From NCBI GenBank assembly GCA_964199315.1, contig OZ116699.1, positions 16,306,001 to 16,370,000 of the forward strand: a stretch of 64,000 nucleotides of DNA, in the 5' to 3' direction. Below the pieces are notes generated by a model, which worked only from the letters and a program-made list of their open reading frames with translations, was not told the DNA's origin and did not search any database. Position 1 is the stretch's first letter. Every line of letters begins with the position of its first letter. Both the position numbers and the translations under genes were made by a program. Shown here in pieces: positions 37,501-47,495 of the stretch. The stretch is from Orbicella franksi. Taxonomy: Eukaryota.

Positions 37501-40500
37501 TGCAAATCCTTTCAATGTATATGCGAGTTACAGTGTCTCTCTTATTTATACTCCCCTGCCTGCACTCGGTAACAAGAGCCGTCTCTGGCAAACCTTCGTT
37601 GAAGCACTAGTAAATTTCCGATTTTTATCGCCCAGTCTAACGGTAGCAAAAGTGTTCAAAGCTACTTTGCAAATTGTCACGTGTGCGAACGAAGACGTAT
37701 TTCCGGCTACAAGCGCCAACCGGAAATACGTCTGTGTTCACAGGCTACGTCATCATGGACTGATCAGTAGCTTAGCTGCGTCGGAGAAGAAGCTGTGAGC
37801 TCGATCCGGTTGAGAAGACCGCAATTTGTCAAGTTTATAACAGCAAAAATAGAGTTGGAAAGAGGAGGAAAAAAAAGGCAGATAGCTGGGAACCCTATGA
37901 AGAAACCAGCCGGTTTATGGTTTCTTTTGATTACATAGATTGATTTAACCTTGAATTTAATACGTTAGACCTTTGTGTAAAATCTTGATCGATCGCATTG
38001 GTAAATAAGGTCCGTTTATTATTAGGTAATTTAATATAGGAAGTAATTGTACTTTTATAACTTCACAAAAAAGAAGAAGTGAAGGAGACTTTATACATAC
38101 TCTACCAGACCAAATCCCTGAGAAATGACTGTTTCTGCTAGTTCTTAACTTGGAACTTCTGGGAGAATGTGGGAAGAGTTATGAGAGTATACTTTGCAGA
38201 ATTATTAGCTAGAGAAATGATGTCTATTATATCTGTTATTCGACAGTGCATTCATCGAGATCTGGCAGCTCGAAATATTCTGGTGGCTAAAGATAGGGTC
38301 ATGAAGATTGCTGATTTCGGTCTTGCAAGGAACGTGCATGAAGACGATTATTACAGAAAAACAACAGACGTAAGTAAAATAACACATTTATTAATCAGAA
38401 TAATGTGAAAATAATTCCCCCGTCGCAGCCAAGTGATCTGAGGTGAAAATAGACGAACTTTCCTTTTGAGGATAGGATGCTAGTCTATTACCGTTAAACC
38501 CACCCCCCACCCCCACCGTTTTATTTATACACCCAAGTGGAGAGGTCAAGGGGCTCTGTGAGAGCAGAGTGTCTTGCGCAAGAACATAACAAAATAACCC
38601 TGACTAGGATGGGATTCAGTCCTCTGGATTTGGTGTTAAACCATGACCGGAAAGCAGCTCCTGGTTTTGAGATTTCATGTTTCATAGCTCTCTTGTTTTT
38701 CCTCTCTCCTTTGCTCAGGGAAGACTTCCAGTGAAGTGGATGGCGCTTGAGGCATTGATTGACAGAGTCTACACCACCCAAAGTGACGTGTGAGTGTAGG
38801 GTGCCGTGTTGTATGATTCCCTCTATATCTCCCGTTGTGTTGTCCAATCAAACTGTTTTATATGCATTTCTGATGCACATCAGGAGCAGTTCAGTGCTTG
38901 ATGTAATATATCAAACACGAGAGACTGTGTTTTATTGGGATATCCAAGCACCGAGAAGAGAGTTGAAAATACGACGCGTAGCGCAGAGTATTTTTGACGA
39001 AATTCGAGGTGTTTGGATAGCCGATGAAACACTGTCTCGAGTGTTTGATATGTCTTCTCAATCGAAACAGAATAAACTCGTCAAAATTTATGCTAATTAC
39101 GACCGGGTATCCAAACCTCCTTCACGGTTGTGATTTTCTTTGGTTTACCTTGATGAATTATTAATGAGTTTGAGACATATTAATCCCGAGCCTTAGGTTT
39201 TTGGAAATGTTCATTATGATAAGTGAAGAACCCTTATACGAGATGGTTTTACTGAGAGATTGTCTCTCCCAATTAACGCTCTTGAATCCGCCCTGTATCT
39301 TGAACACACTTCCTTCTTTCTTTGGATATTTTTAACTTTGCTATTTCCTTTTGTTTATTTAGGTGGTCGTTTGGAGTGTTGACGTGGGAAATTGTAACAT
39401 TTGGTGAGTGACCAGTATATTTATTTTTATGGTTAAAAAGGTCATGCAACATGTTCTACCAATATTGCCATTGTGCTGGTGTCAGTTTAAACGTCAATAC
39501 GTTTCGTGGAGTGATCTTTCATTACCCTCTTTTATGATTTTAAGGTGGCTCTCCATATCCCGGCATACCAGTGGAAAATCTCTATGGGCTGCTCAAGTCC
39601 GGTTATAGGATGAAACGACCAATCAATTGCGACAGAGAATTGTAAGTTACATTACTATCCCCCAGTGGCTGGTTAAACTTTCTTTGAAAACAACTTACAA
39701 AATGATAGGCTGGATATGACAGTGAACGTGTTGGCGAAATGTACTGATGATGTGGAGTGAAGTTGCTTTCTGCAGGAGTGATTCGAGAGCAGGGTCGGCA
39801 TCGCGACCTCTCGCCTCATTGTGTTACAGTGCGTATGGAAGTTTGCTTTTTTCAAACAATTGATTTCTCATTTTGTTGCAATTTGATTACCGTAGGTATC
39901 AGCTCATGCTAAACTGCTGGAGTGAGTTTGCCGACAAAAGACCAACTTTTCCGGATCTTGTGGGAGAATTCGATCGTATGATAACGATGCTTTCAGACAA
40001 GGTAAACGTTATTGTTAGAAGAAGAATGATTAGGGACTTTTTTTAAGCCTGAAGCTTTCGAGGAATTTTAGCTCGAGTTGTCAAGCTGTCACACTTCTTC
40101 GACTTCTGCATAGGCAGCATTTATACGTCTTACCTACACTAGTTACTCTAAATCTCAAAATACGTTCAGTGTTCTGTGACATTTTATAAAGGTCAGTACA
40201 CATCAGGAGACATATTGCGGGGACATGTTGCAGTGGACGTTTTCTTCGTGTAACATGCCCGATTTTTCAAGAAGCGTTCTCGTCCCCGCAACCTGTTGCA
40301 TGCAACTCAGCTGGGTTGAATTTCTTGCGTCCTGAAGCAGGGACAATGTCAATGTGGCATACTGTACACTGTAGACTGCTCTTCAGTACAAACTGTCGCT
40401 GCTACAACATAGAAATGAACCAATATCCGCTTTGTGTGCACCTGCTCGCGTACTGACTGCACAGTCCCTACAACATGCTTCCTATGCGTACACTCGAAGG

Positions 40501-41395
40501 GGCTTGTCTCCGCTTCACATCACCGAAAGATGTCCGTAGTGTGTGCCGACCTCGAAGCGGTGATAAAACTCTTCTCGCTACATACAGAGGCAGACTGGAC
40601 GAAAATTGTCTAACCCGCAATCAATTCCTCCCACCTGCTATAACAAGAAATTTATGTTTCTACAAGGCACTACGGCTAATTTATAAAAAAGTATAAAAAC
40701 TATTGCCCCAAAATTGTGTGGCTTTAAAAATACTCTTTTCCCTTGCGTAGGAATATCTTGACCTTCAGCCACCACTTGTGAGTCCACTGTCGGCAAGAAC
40801 ACCTTCATCTTCCGAAGAAGACAACGTCTTCGGAAGTTCGGAAAACGTGTGTGATTTGTCGAAAAGTAGCAACAGTTTGAATTTTCACGACGGGGAAATC
40901 TCTGAAGATGGCGCGCATGATGTGGGACACGGTGAAGATGGTGATGGCTACGCTGACATTCGCCGCCAGCCCGTCAATGAGCCACTTCTTGATTCCTGTG
41001 GAAGCAAAACGTCGTTAGCTTCTAAATCTTCACTTTTCGCCAAACGAAAACTCGACCAACTCAACGGGAGCATCGTCTCGCTTTCCTCGCAACTAAGTAA
41101 ACAATTTCGTGGGCTAGAAGACAACGAAGAGCACAATAAAGAAGAAAATGTCGGTCTTTTAGATGAGGAAGTCGATCAAGGAAGCGACGATGCTTTTGAA
41201 ACTGGTGACATCAGAAATTCGAAAAGTTTACCGGAGCCATCACAAGGTGGTCGCGCCTCAGGAAGACCACAAGACAGCGGTGCCATGGAAACAAGTCTGG
41301 ATTCCGGAGAAATTGATCCTGCTGTATTGATCGAGTACGCACGCCCAGGAAAGACAAATCCCACAAGAAGACCCTCCAAACAGAGCGATGTCTAA
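25054..41395 (+). CDS. FGFR: Fibroblast growth factor receptor (3 Ig + TM + split tyrosine kinase), 15 coding exons, 989 aa
   Basis: join(25054..25141,30298..30573,31562..31594,32092..32388,33036..33428,34786..35132,35418..35571,36304..36414,37287..37474,38247..38369,38719..38789,39363..39403,39545..39641,39896..40001,40751..41395) = 2970 nt. All introns are GT-AG with consistent phases and there are no internal stops. Motifs: [24 protein letters not shown], activation-loop [21 protein letters not shown], post-kinase EYLDL. Confidence 0.92.
27716..28604. mobile_element. TIR element with repeated CATGTAAAATGCGACGTTTAAA motifs
   Basis: The motif occurs in both orientations at 27718-27900 and 28500-28604. 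Confidence 0.5.
29255..29485. mobile_element. MITE with internal 7-bp (GCGGACT-like) tandem array
   Basis: TIRs CCGGTCAGTATAAAACATGGACTG / CAGTCCGTGTATTATACTGACCGG. Confidence 0.7.
30013..30248 (-). mobile_element. SINE fragment in FGFR intron 1
   Basis: Near-identical to 4717..4950. Confidence 0.55.
30298..30573 (+). CDS. FGFR: FGFR exon: Ig domain D1
   Basis: ttccag| acceptor, GAAG|GTATAA donor, phase 1-1; VKLVC...WYKNG...[12 protein letters not shown]-set Ig motif. Confidence 0.9.
31562..31594 (+). CDS. FGFR: FGFR 33-nt D1-D2 linker micro-exon ([11 protein letters not shown]; no acid box)
   Basis: Polypyrimidine tract + ttag| acceptor, GGAG|GTACAG donor, phase 1-1; conserved in all three copies in the window. 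Confidence 0.75.
32092..32388 (+). CDS. FGFR: FGFR exon: Ig domain D2
   Basis: tacag| acceptor, ATTG|GTAAGT donor; [18 protein letters not shown]...[19 protein letters not shown]2-like. Confidence 0.92.
33036..33428 (+). CDS. FGFR: FGFR exon: Ig domain D3 (with QNG repeat insertion)
   Basis: ctaaag| acceptor, ACAG|GTATGT donor; LELHCIV...RWYY...[18 protein letters not shown]. Confidence 0.92.
34495..34710. repeat. (ATTG)n / (GACC)n microsatellite at the right edge of the duplicated cassette (copies at 4235-4316 and 10210-10335)
   Basis: Direct inspection. Confidence 0.9.
34786..35132 (+). CDS. FGFR: FGFR exon: stalk, transmembrane helix, juxtamembrane
   Basis: ctcag| acceptor, CAG|GTAAGG donor; [25 protein letters not shown] followed by KKRRK stop-transfer. 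Confidence 0.92.
35418..35571 (+). CDS. FGFR: FGFR kinase exon (Gly-rich loop, VAVK); not in ORF track
   Basis: [51 protein letters not shown]; tttag| and G|GTGAAT. Confidence 0.93.
36304..36414 (+). CDS. FGFR: FGFR kinase exon (alphaC)
   Basis: [37 protein letters not shown]. Confidence 0.93.
36863..37114. mobile_element. Decayed MITE with GGGGCGGATCTAG-type ends (hAT-like) in an FGFR intron
   Basis: CTGGGGCGGATCTAGG ... CCTCTATCCGCCTCAG; no clear TSD. Confidence 0.4.
37287..37474 (+). CDS. FGFR: FGFR kinase exon (hinge, kinase insert)
   Basis: [24 protein letters not shown]...[15 protein letters not shown]. Confidence 0.93.
38247..38369 (+). CDS. FGFR: FGFR kinase exon (catalytic and activation loops)
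   Basis: [41 protein letters not shown]. Confidence 0.95.
38719..38789 (+). CDS. FGFR: FGFR kinase exon (P+1 loop)
   Basis: [23 protein letters not shown]; ctcag| and GT|GTGAGT. Confidence 0.92.
39363..39403 (+). CDS. FGFR: FGFR kinase micro-exon (alphaF)
   Basis: [13 protein letters not shown]; tttag| and G|GTGAGT. Confidence 0.9.
39545..39641 (+). CDS. FGFR: FGFR kinase exon
   Basis: [32 protein letters not shown]. Confidence 0.92.
39896..40001 (+). CDS. FGFR: FGFR kinase exon (C-lobe end)
   Basis: [35 protein letters not shown]. Confidence 0.92.
40751..41395 (+). CDS. FGFR: FGFR terminal exon: 214-aa acidic Ser-rich C-terminal tail
   Basis: gcgtag| acceptor, begins EYLDL (FGFR PLC-gamma docking motif), open to TAA at 41393-41395. 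Confidence 0.88.
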   Translation, partial: EYLDLQPPLVSPLSARTPSSSEEDNVFGSSENVCDLSKSSNSLNFHDGEISEDGAHDVGHGEDGDGYADIRRQPVNEPLLDSCGSKTSLASKSSLFAKRKLDQLNGSIVSLSSQLSKQFRGLEDNEEHNKEENVGLLDEEVDQGSDDAFETGDIRNSKSLPEPSQGGRASGRPQDSGAMETSLDSGEIDPAVLIEYARPGKTNPTRRPSKQSDV

Positions 41396-41809
41396 CGTTG
41401 AAGCAATTAAAAAGAAACCTTGGAAACTACAGATAGATGTGTTTGAATATGCGAGGTGACTGTTTCTTATCTTTGTCTTTAACGGAAATGCTCGTCACTG
41501 GAAAGTCCTCGCCTTAAATGGATTCTTGGCGACGTAGTAAAGAGCAGCAGAACATATCCGAGGAAAGAGAAAAAAGGATCAGAGCCATGCTGCCTCGCAT
41601 CGAGACCTTACCGAGCTTTTGATGCTACCAAGTCTAGCTGCTCTTATATATTGGCACCTGCCTCCAAACAAACGGAACTTTCAGATACCGACAATTTTCG
41701 ACTAGGAAATGTCAATTACACGAATGGAATGCATTCAATTACCAAGCATACACTTACCGTTAGCTTGTGACGTCACTTACATATGTATGGGTAAGCAAAA
41801 TCGCACACC

Positions 41810-42862
41810 AACCTCGTTCTCAGGTTCTCTCTCCTCTGCTTCCCTTGGTCGTTGGAAGAAAGACCCTGGTTGCGGCTGGTCACGTGACCACCCAGAATCT
41901 GGGTGGTAAAAAAATCTGTTAGGTGGGAGGGGTGGCAGAGTGTTTTGATTGTTGCTGTGAAAAACTTTGTGGGTTTCAAAAACTCGAGCAGTCGCTAACA
42001 ACTACCCGCTTTATCGGGATTTAATGTGGAATTTTGCCGATGAAGAATGCTACACTATTTCTGCCGTCTCCAAAATATGGAAGACTTTCGTTCACAACTA
42101 AGAAATTCGGCAGCCGAATGAAGCTCAAACTTTTCGACAGTTAGCACATTAAAACGTCAGGTACCGAATCGAAGTGAAACCAGTGGATTAGTCTCTTGAA
42201 TCTTTGAATTCGGAGGTAATTTATTTTCATCGTGAGCAGCATTTTGGATGTTAAAAAGTATTTCTGTCCCACGGCCGATTAGCCAAGTATTCTGACTTGC
42301 ATTTGATTGACAGCAATGTAAAATGATTTACAGTTTTGTTGACTTAAGCCTGCACTATACATGTAATACAGTTTCATCAGCATCAGGTTTATGTAAATTA
42401 TATTTAGACAGATTTTTAAACACGGTTCATTGGCACAGTCAAGATTTATACTTTGCCAGATGGTAAATAAAACACCGCTTTATATAGCGAACAATGTGCA
42501 ATGAGGCTAATTCATGCAGCATGAAACAGCGAAACAGTTTTACTTTTTAGTAATTCAACCGGCTGGAATTGAAATCAGAGTGATACTGGATTTATATAAA
42601 TATATTTCGTCTGACCTGTGTGAAACAGTAAGACTGGAGAATTTCGAAGGCGTATTTGCCTGTGTGTGGTTTAATATAGAGATGACCAGCGATGACCAGC
42701 GATCGCCTTTCTTTCGCTTCAGTTGAGGTCTACAAAAATTATTCGTTAACTCTACCCCCGTGGAAAAGTTTGTGTCACAGGTGGTCACGTGACCAGCCGC
42801 AACCAGGGTCTTTCTTCCAACGACCAAGGGAGGCAGAGGAGAGAGAGCCTGGGAACGAGGTT
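41810..42862. mobile_element. Non-autonomous TIR element of about 1.05 kb downstream of the FGFR stop
   Basis: TIRs of about 80 bp: AACCTCGTTC(T/C)CAGG...GGTCACGTGACCAC at 41810-41890, inverted at 42781-42862. Confidence 0.8.
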
Positions 42863-43589
42863 AATCGCGCACATTTTCATTTTGTGCCGGACAAGCAAAT
42901 ATAGATCTTCTCAAAGAAGATGTAAAGACTAAGGTTGTAACGTTCCTTTACTCCCCGCTACTCTTTTCCTCCAAGGTTTATACCAGTCCTTACGTATCGC
43001 AGATACTCAGGAAGTTACTCAGCCAAACAACTGTATTCGCCCTGTGAACCGTAGAGGAGCGAGGCGAACTAGAATTTAAGAGGGAGGACCTAGTTAAGGG
43101 TTCTTCTACCCTAAATATTGTAGTTAATAACAAAGTTGGCTGCCCTTTCTCTCTCTCAGCTTGGAAGTTGGGGAGGAAGATAAATATTTGCTAAGAGGGC
43201 ATGAGATTTTTGTCGTAGACAGTAAGTGTGCAAGCCGTTTGCCAGACTGTTACAGGTTTTTGTTTGTTTTCCTAACGAACAACTCACCCCTTTTATAAAG
43301 GAATTTTTTATTTATTTCTTACTATTTTTAAATGGTAGAAAAACATCAGACTACACCGAGAGTCTGATGAGATTTAACTGATTGCTGAGAATTGGTCAAA
43401 ATTTTGACTGCCAGCTGAGAAATAATGGTTGTTGTTGTTTTTTTTTTTTATATTTTTTTATCTTATTATTTTTCTTTTTTAATAGATGATATTTTACAGT
43501 GATAGCTGAGATCTGAGATAGCACAATGTAGTGATAGCTGACTGAGAACGTAGTCTGACAATTTGATAACTGAGATTCCAGCTTCCCAA

Positions 43590-43934
43590 TTAGGCCCGTC
43601 CACCCCACGCCGGAGAAATTTGAAAACCCAGCTTTATTTCTCCGGTGAAGCCTACCGTCCACACTAATTCCTCACGAAAACGGAGCTTTTCGAAAACGCT
43701 CCACAAACCGGAAGAATATGAAAACGCCGGATTTGCGTTTAGTGTGGACGGAAAACATTTTGAAAACGGAGCTTTTCGAAAACGATGACATTACGATATA
43801 CATGTGATTTCCCTACCCAAGTCTTCCTCAAACACAAATCCAAAATGGCAAAGTGTGGACGAAAAACATTTGATGCGTTTTCAGCGTGAAAACGCCGCTT
43901 GAAATTCTTTCTGCGTAGTGTAGACGGGGCCTTA
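43590..43934. mobile_element. MITE, PIF/Harbinger-like (TTA/TAA-bounded)
   Basis: TTAGGCCCGTCCAC... and ...GTAGACGGGGCCTTA ends; internal GAAAACG repeats. Confidence 0.7.
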
Positions 43935-44753
43935 ACGGAATTAAATTGTAACTTTTGTTTTCAAATTCAAGTGGAGTCGTGCTTCACGATGAAGTCTATA
44001 TAGGGCTAAAACAAGATCAATAGTATAACAAGGAAATATTGCATGAAGGGAACTTTGGTTGGAAGCGAGGGAAATTTACCACGAAACGAATGAAAATAAT
44101 ACAAAAATTTCCTGGCTTCCATCTCGAACCTTTGGGACAAATATTGTCCTTCTCTCAATTGTACATTGGGAGTTACAGAACCCGTACCTGTCCTGTTCAC
44201 ACCAAAATTCAAATCCCCTAATGGAAAGCGTGATTTTATCTTTAGCTTAACGTATTTAGTTGGTTCAAACGGGGAATGCGGTCGATGCAACCTCGTTTTA
44301 GCGAAAAATTTCTTCGGGAAATAAGTGTTAGTTTAGGTCTTAAGTACAGATCCCGTTTTCAAGAATGCGTCCGTGTTTACCAGCAGATAGGTTACTAAGC
44401 AACACTGTTAACCTAGTGGCACTTTCTGATTGGATAATACGAAAAGTGTTCATATTCTTTGTTCTTGTTGGAGGATTTGAAGAAAAAGACAATGATTTCC
44501 CGAAATGTGTTCAGTAATGTTAATATGGTAATAGTCAAAATATCTTAAACCGCACGCCTCAACAGTAAAATTAATGCATGCGTTTTAAAACTCTCAAAGA
44601 GTATAAATGTCTGATTAAAAGGTCACGGAATAATTGTTTTCGTTGTGTTAAAATTGCCTTAAACAATCAAGTGAATGAGTGTAATACATTTTGTGCCCAG
44701 AGCAACTCCAATTTCTTAACCGATGGGGCTTAGACGCAAGTTGCGCTAAGCTG

Positions 44754-46581
44754 GAGTTTCGCCAGGAGCCTTTTATGGGCTCCTGGTTTCGCGTATAACC
44801 GCGTGGGTTCGCGCGGCACAGCAGCGAGGGAGCATCGAGGGGATGGATGAAGGGATAGGGTTACTGCGAAACCAGAAGCCATAATCGGGGACAGAGACCG
44901 TAAGCGCGCGCCATTTCTAGTATTGGGACTGTCCCCATGATATGGGACAATTTTTCTATTTTTAGAACAAATTTTGCCATCGCATGCGGCACACGCGCGT
45001 TCATGCTGCAAGGATTTTTGCTGATGTCGCGCGGGGAAAATATCGTCCGAAATTCCCGAAATGTTTAATGCTTTTGGCCCACAACTCAATACGTTCATGT
45101 CTGTTGGAATTTTTACTTCAGTATTTTCGTCCTAAGCTGCTCCAGTTTGAGTGAAGTAAGACAGTGTCTAGTTTAATTATGTCCCGCTTTTTATCACTGA
45201 CCAAGTTGTGTTCCGCTGCTTCAGGTTTTTACCAGAGCTCCACATTACTCAGCTCCACTCTAAGTTTCACATATGTTGAAGATTAACAGCTTTTCCATAA
45301 TACAGCAAAAAATCTAGCTGGATATATTTGGACATAGCAGCGTTTCAGGACTTCAAAGTTTCCCTCCGCTTGCCACACGCCTGCGAGGATTTCGCCAGAG
45401 TCTATCTCGACCGAAGAGTAAAAAAAAAATTACAAGTTTGAGTTTCGCCTGAATTGTAAGCAACGCTTGATGTTTTATCAAGGCCCAATAAGTGATAATA
45501 AAGTTTATGTCTGTAGATGCAGCTCAATTTTGTTTGTGTAAAAATCCAATAAATTGTTTGTTGTCGATGAATAAGAACGTCCGCCGATGCGTGTTTTGTA
45601 CAGTCAGTAAAACATGACAAATTGGACTTCCGCACTTTCGCCTGGAAACGTACATCGAACTCATATAATATCTCTAGTTTTAAATATGTTTAAGGTTGAT
45701 AAATGTTTGAGAACATGTTAAACGCTTAGCTGAAAATATGTGAATACAGCAGAAATAATCGCCAAAGTTAGGATGACGCTTTCTTTAATCAACTCGAATA
45801 ACGATTTTGACTTTGTTGGTTGAGTTATCAAAACTCCTTGTCTGTTTTATTTTCCCAGTGTAAAATTTCACTATGTTAAAGAAACACACATGATATTAGC
45901 AGCCTTTTGGCGTTGGTGAAAATTGTTGCAGCATCTCAGCACAAAACACAACGAAAGAAATTTTTGTCAAGATTTGTTGACAATTGAAAACACCGACCTC
46001 GGACTTGAAAGTGCATGCGCTGCACTATGCAAATGAGCTACCTGTACGCCTCAGACTTTCCTTTCAAAAACTTTTGCAAACTCGCCAAACAAACAGAAAC
46101 AATAAAATCAAGCGTTGTTTGGGAAACTCTCAAATTAACTCGATACCAGAGTAAAGAGTTTTCTTACATAACTTTTCTTTACAGAACAAACGCAAACTCT
46201 TACTCACGGTACATCTAGCGCGAGCATATATTATTCATTCACAGCGCGAAATTGAAGTCTTGTTTTCGACCCTGAAAAACTCACCTTTTCCATTAGTTCA
46301 GAGCATAAAACTACACGTAAGAGCCCTGGTTCTTATTCCCTGTCTTATTCCCTGCCATCGCTGTGAAAAATCTGCAAGAGAATCTCGCAACTCTCACCAT
46401 TTGATCACGCAACGTGACAAAGTCCACGCGAGAGCCCCCGACATGTGCGTGGATCCGCGCGGATATATGACGTCAGGATGGCGCAATTTGTTCTAAAAAT
46501 AGAAAAATTGTCCCATATCACAGGTGCGCGCGGATCCCAAGACTTACGGTCTCCGTCCCCGATTATGGCTCCTGTGCGAAA
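44754..46581. mobile_element. Non-autonomous TIR element of about 1.8 kb
   Basis: GCCATAATCGGGGAC(A/G)GAGACCGTAAG and TGATATGGGACAATTTTTCTATTTTTAGAACAAATT blocks at 44870-44980 are inverted at 46480-46580; no transposase ORF. Confidence 0.65.
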
Positions 46582-47035
46582 CTTAATTTCTTGAGAAAAC
46601 TACCTTTGTGTCCAGTAACTAATTTCATTCCAAATCTCTCCTTTTTTCTGAATTCCCAATTCCCTCCATGCGATACGCCTGCAGGGAATCATGGTAGTTG
46701 TATTCACCGGATATTTGTTTTGATGAATACACCCTGCAGGCGCGTCTCATACAGGGAATTGGCCACTTCTCTCTTAAATGTAAGTCTGTCAATCTTGTTA
46801 ATTCCATCCTCCGAAAAGTACAAATTTTCAGTTAAAAACAGGTCACGTGATCCCTAAGCGCAAAGGGTATATTCCACGTGATGGATTATCATTGAGAGGT
46901 GAAAGAAGGCAGAAGTGAACCAATTAAACAAAGCTGCATTAGGGAGGTTGGATTTTCCAAACGTTCACTGCAATAACTTGTACCTTTCGCGAAAATCATG
47001 GACAATAAAACTACACAATTTCTCAGCAAAGCATT

Positions 47036-47345
47036 TTTATTTCTTAAAAAAACCTAATTCATTCAAAACAAGTCTAAATAAATAGCAGCTCGGTAATATA
47101 TAAATATGTAAAATACTATCGACCTCAGCAAATAAATGTATTGCAACCAAAATACATCATGTAGTTTTTCCACAAAACATTACATTTTATATTCAATATG
47201 AATAATCGGTAACCTTAGTATAATAATTCTACTATAAATATATTGGAAGAAAATGCTTGTTCGCCATACATGCAATCTGTCTTATATTTCATAAAATTCT
47301 CCGATGCTAGTTAGGTATGGGCATGATCGTCGCTGGGTAGACTTC
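47036..47345 (-). promoter_or_regulatory. 3'UTR with five ATTTA pentamers and an AATAAA poly(A) signal
   Basis: ATTTA on - at 47235-39, 47133-37, 47101-05, 47079-83 and 47075-79 (the last two overlap); AATAAA at 47041-47036. Confidence 0.55.
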
Positions 47346-47495
47346 TTAAATTGGGCAGGAGTGTCTGATTTCAACTTGCGTGTTGAAGCACGACTGTGGG
47401 GTGTCTTTTATGTCATAAACAACCTGGTCTAAGTAGTCCAGTAGCACAAAGTTACGTAGCTGAACTGCTTTACGAGCGCTGATACCTCTCGCACT
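47346..47495 (-). CDS. Cytokine-like gene exon 6 (helix D, C-terminal Cys pair)
   Basis: gtttgtttcag| acceptor, 49 codons + TAA. Confidence 0.85.
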   Translation of the reverse strand, partial: SARGISARKAVQLRNFVLLDYLDQVVYDIKDTPQSCFNTQVEIRHSCPI

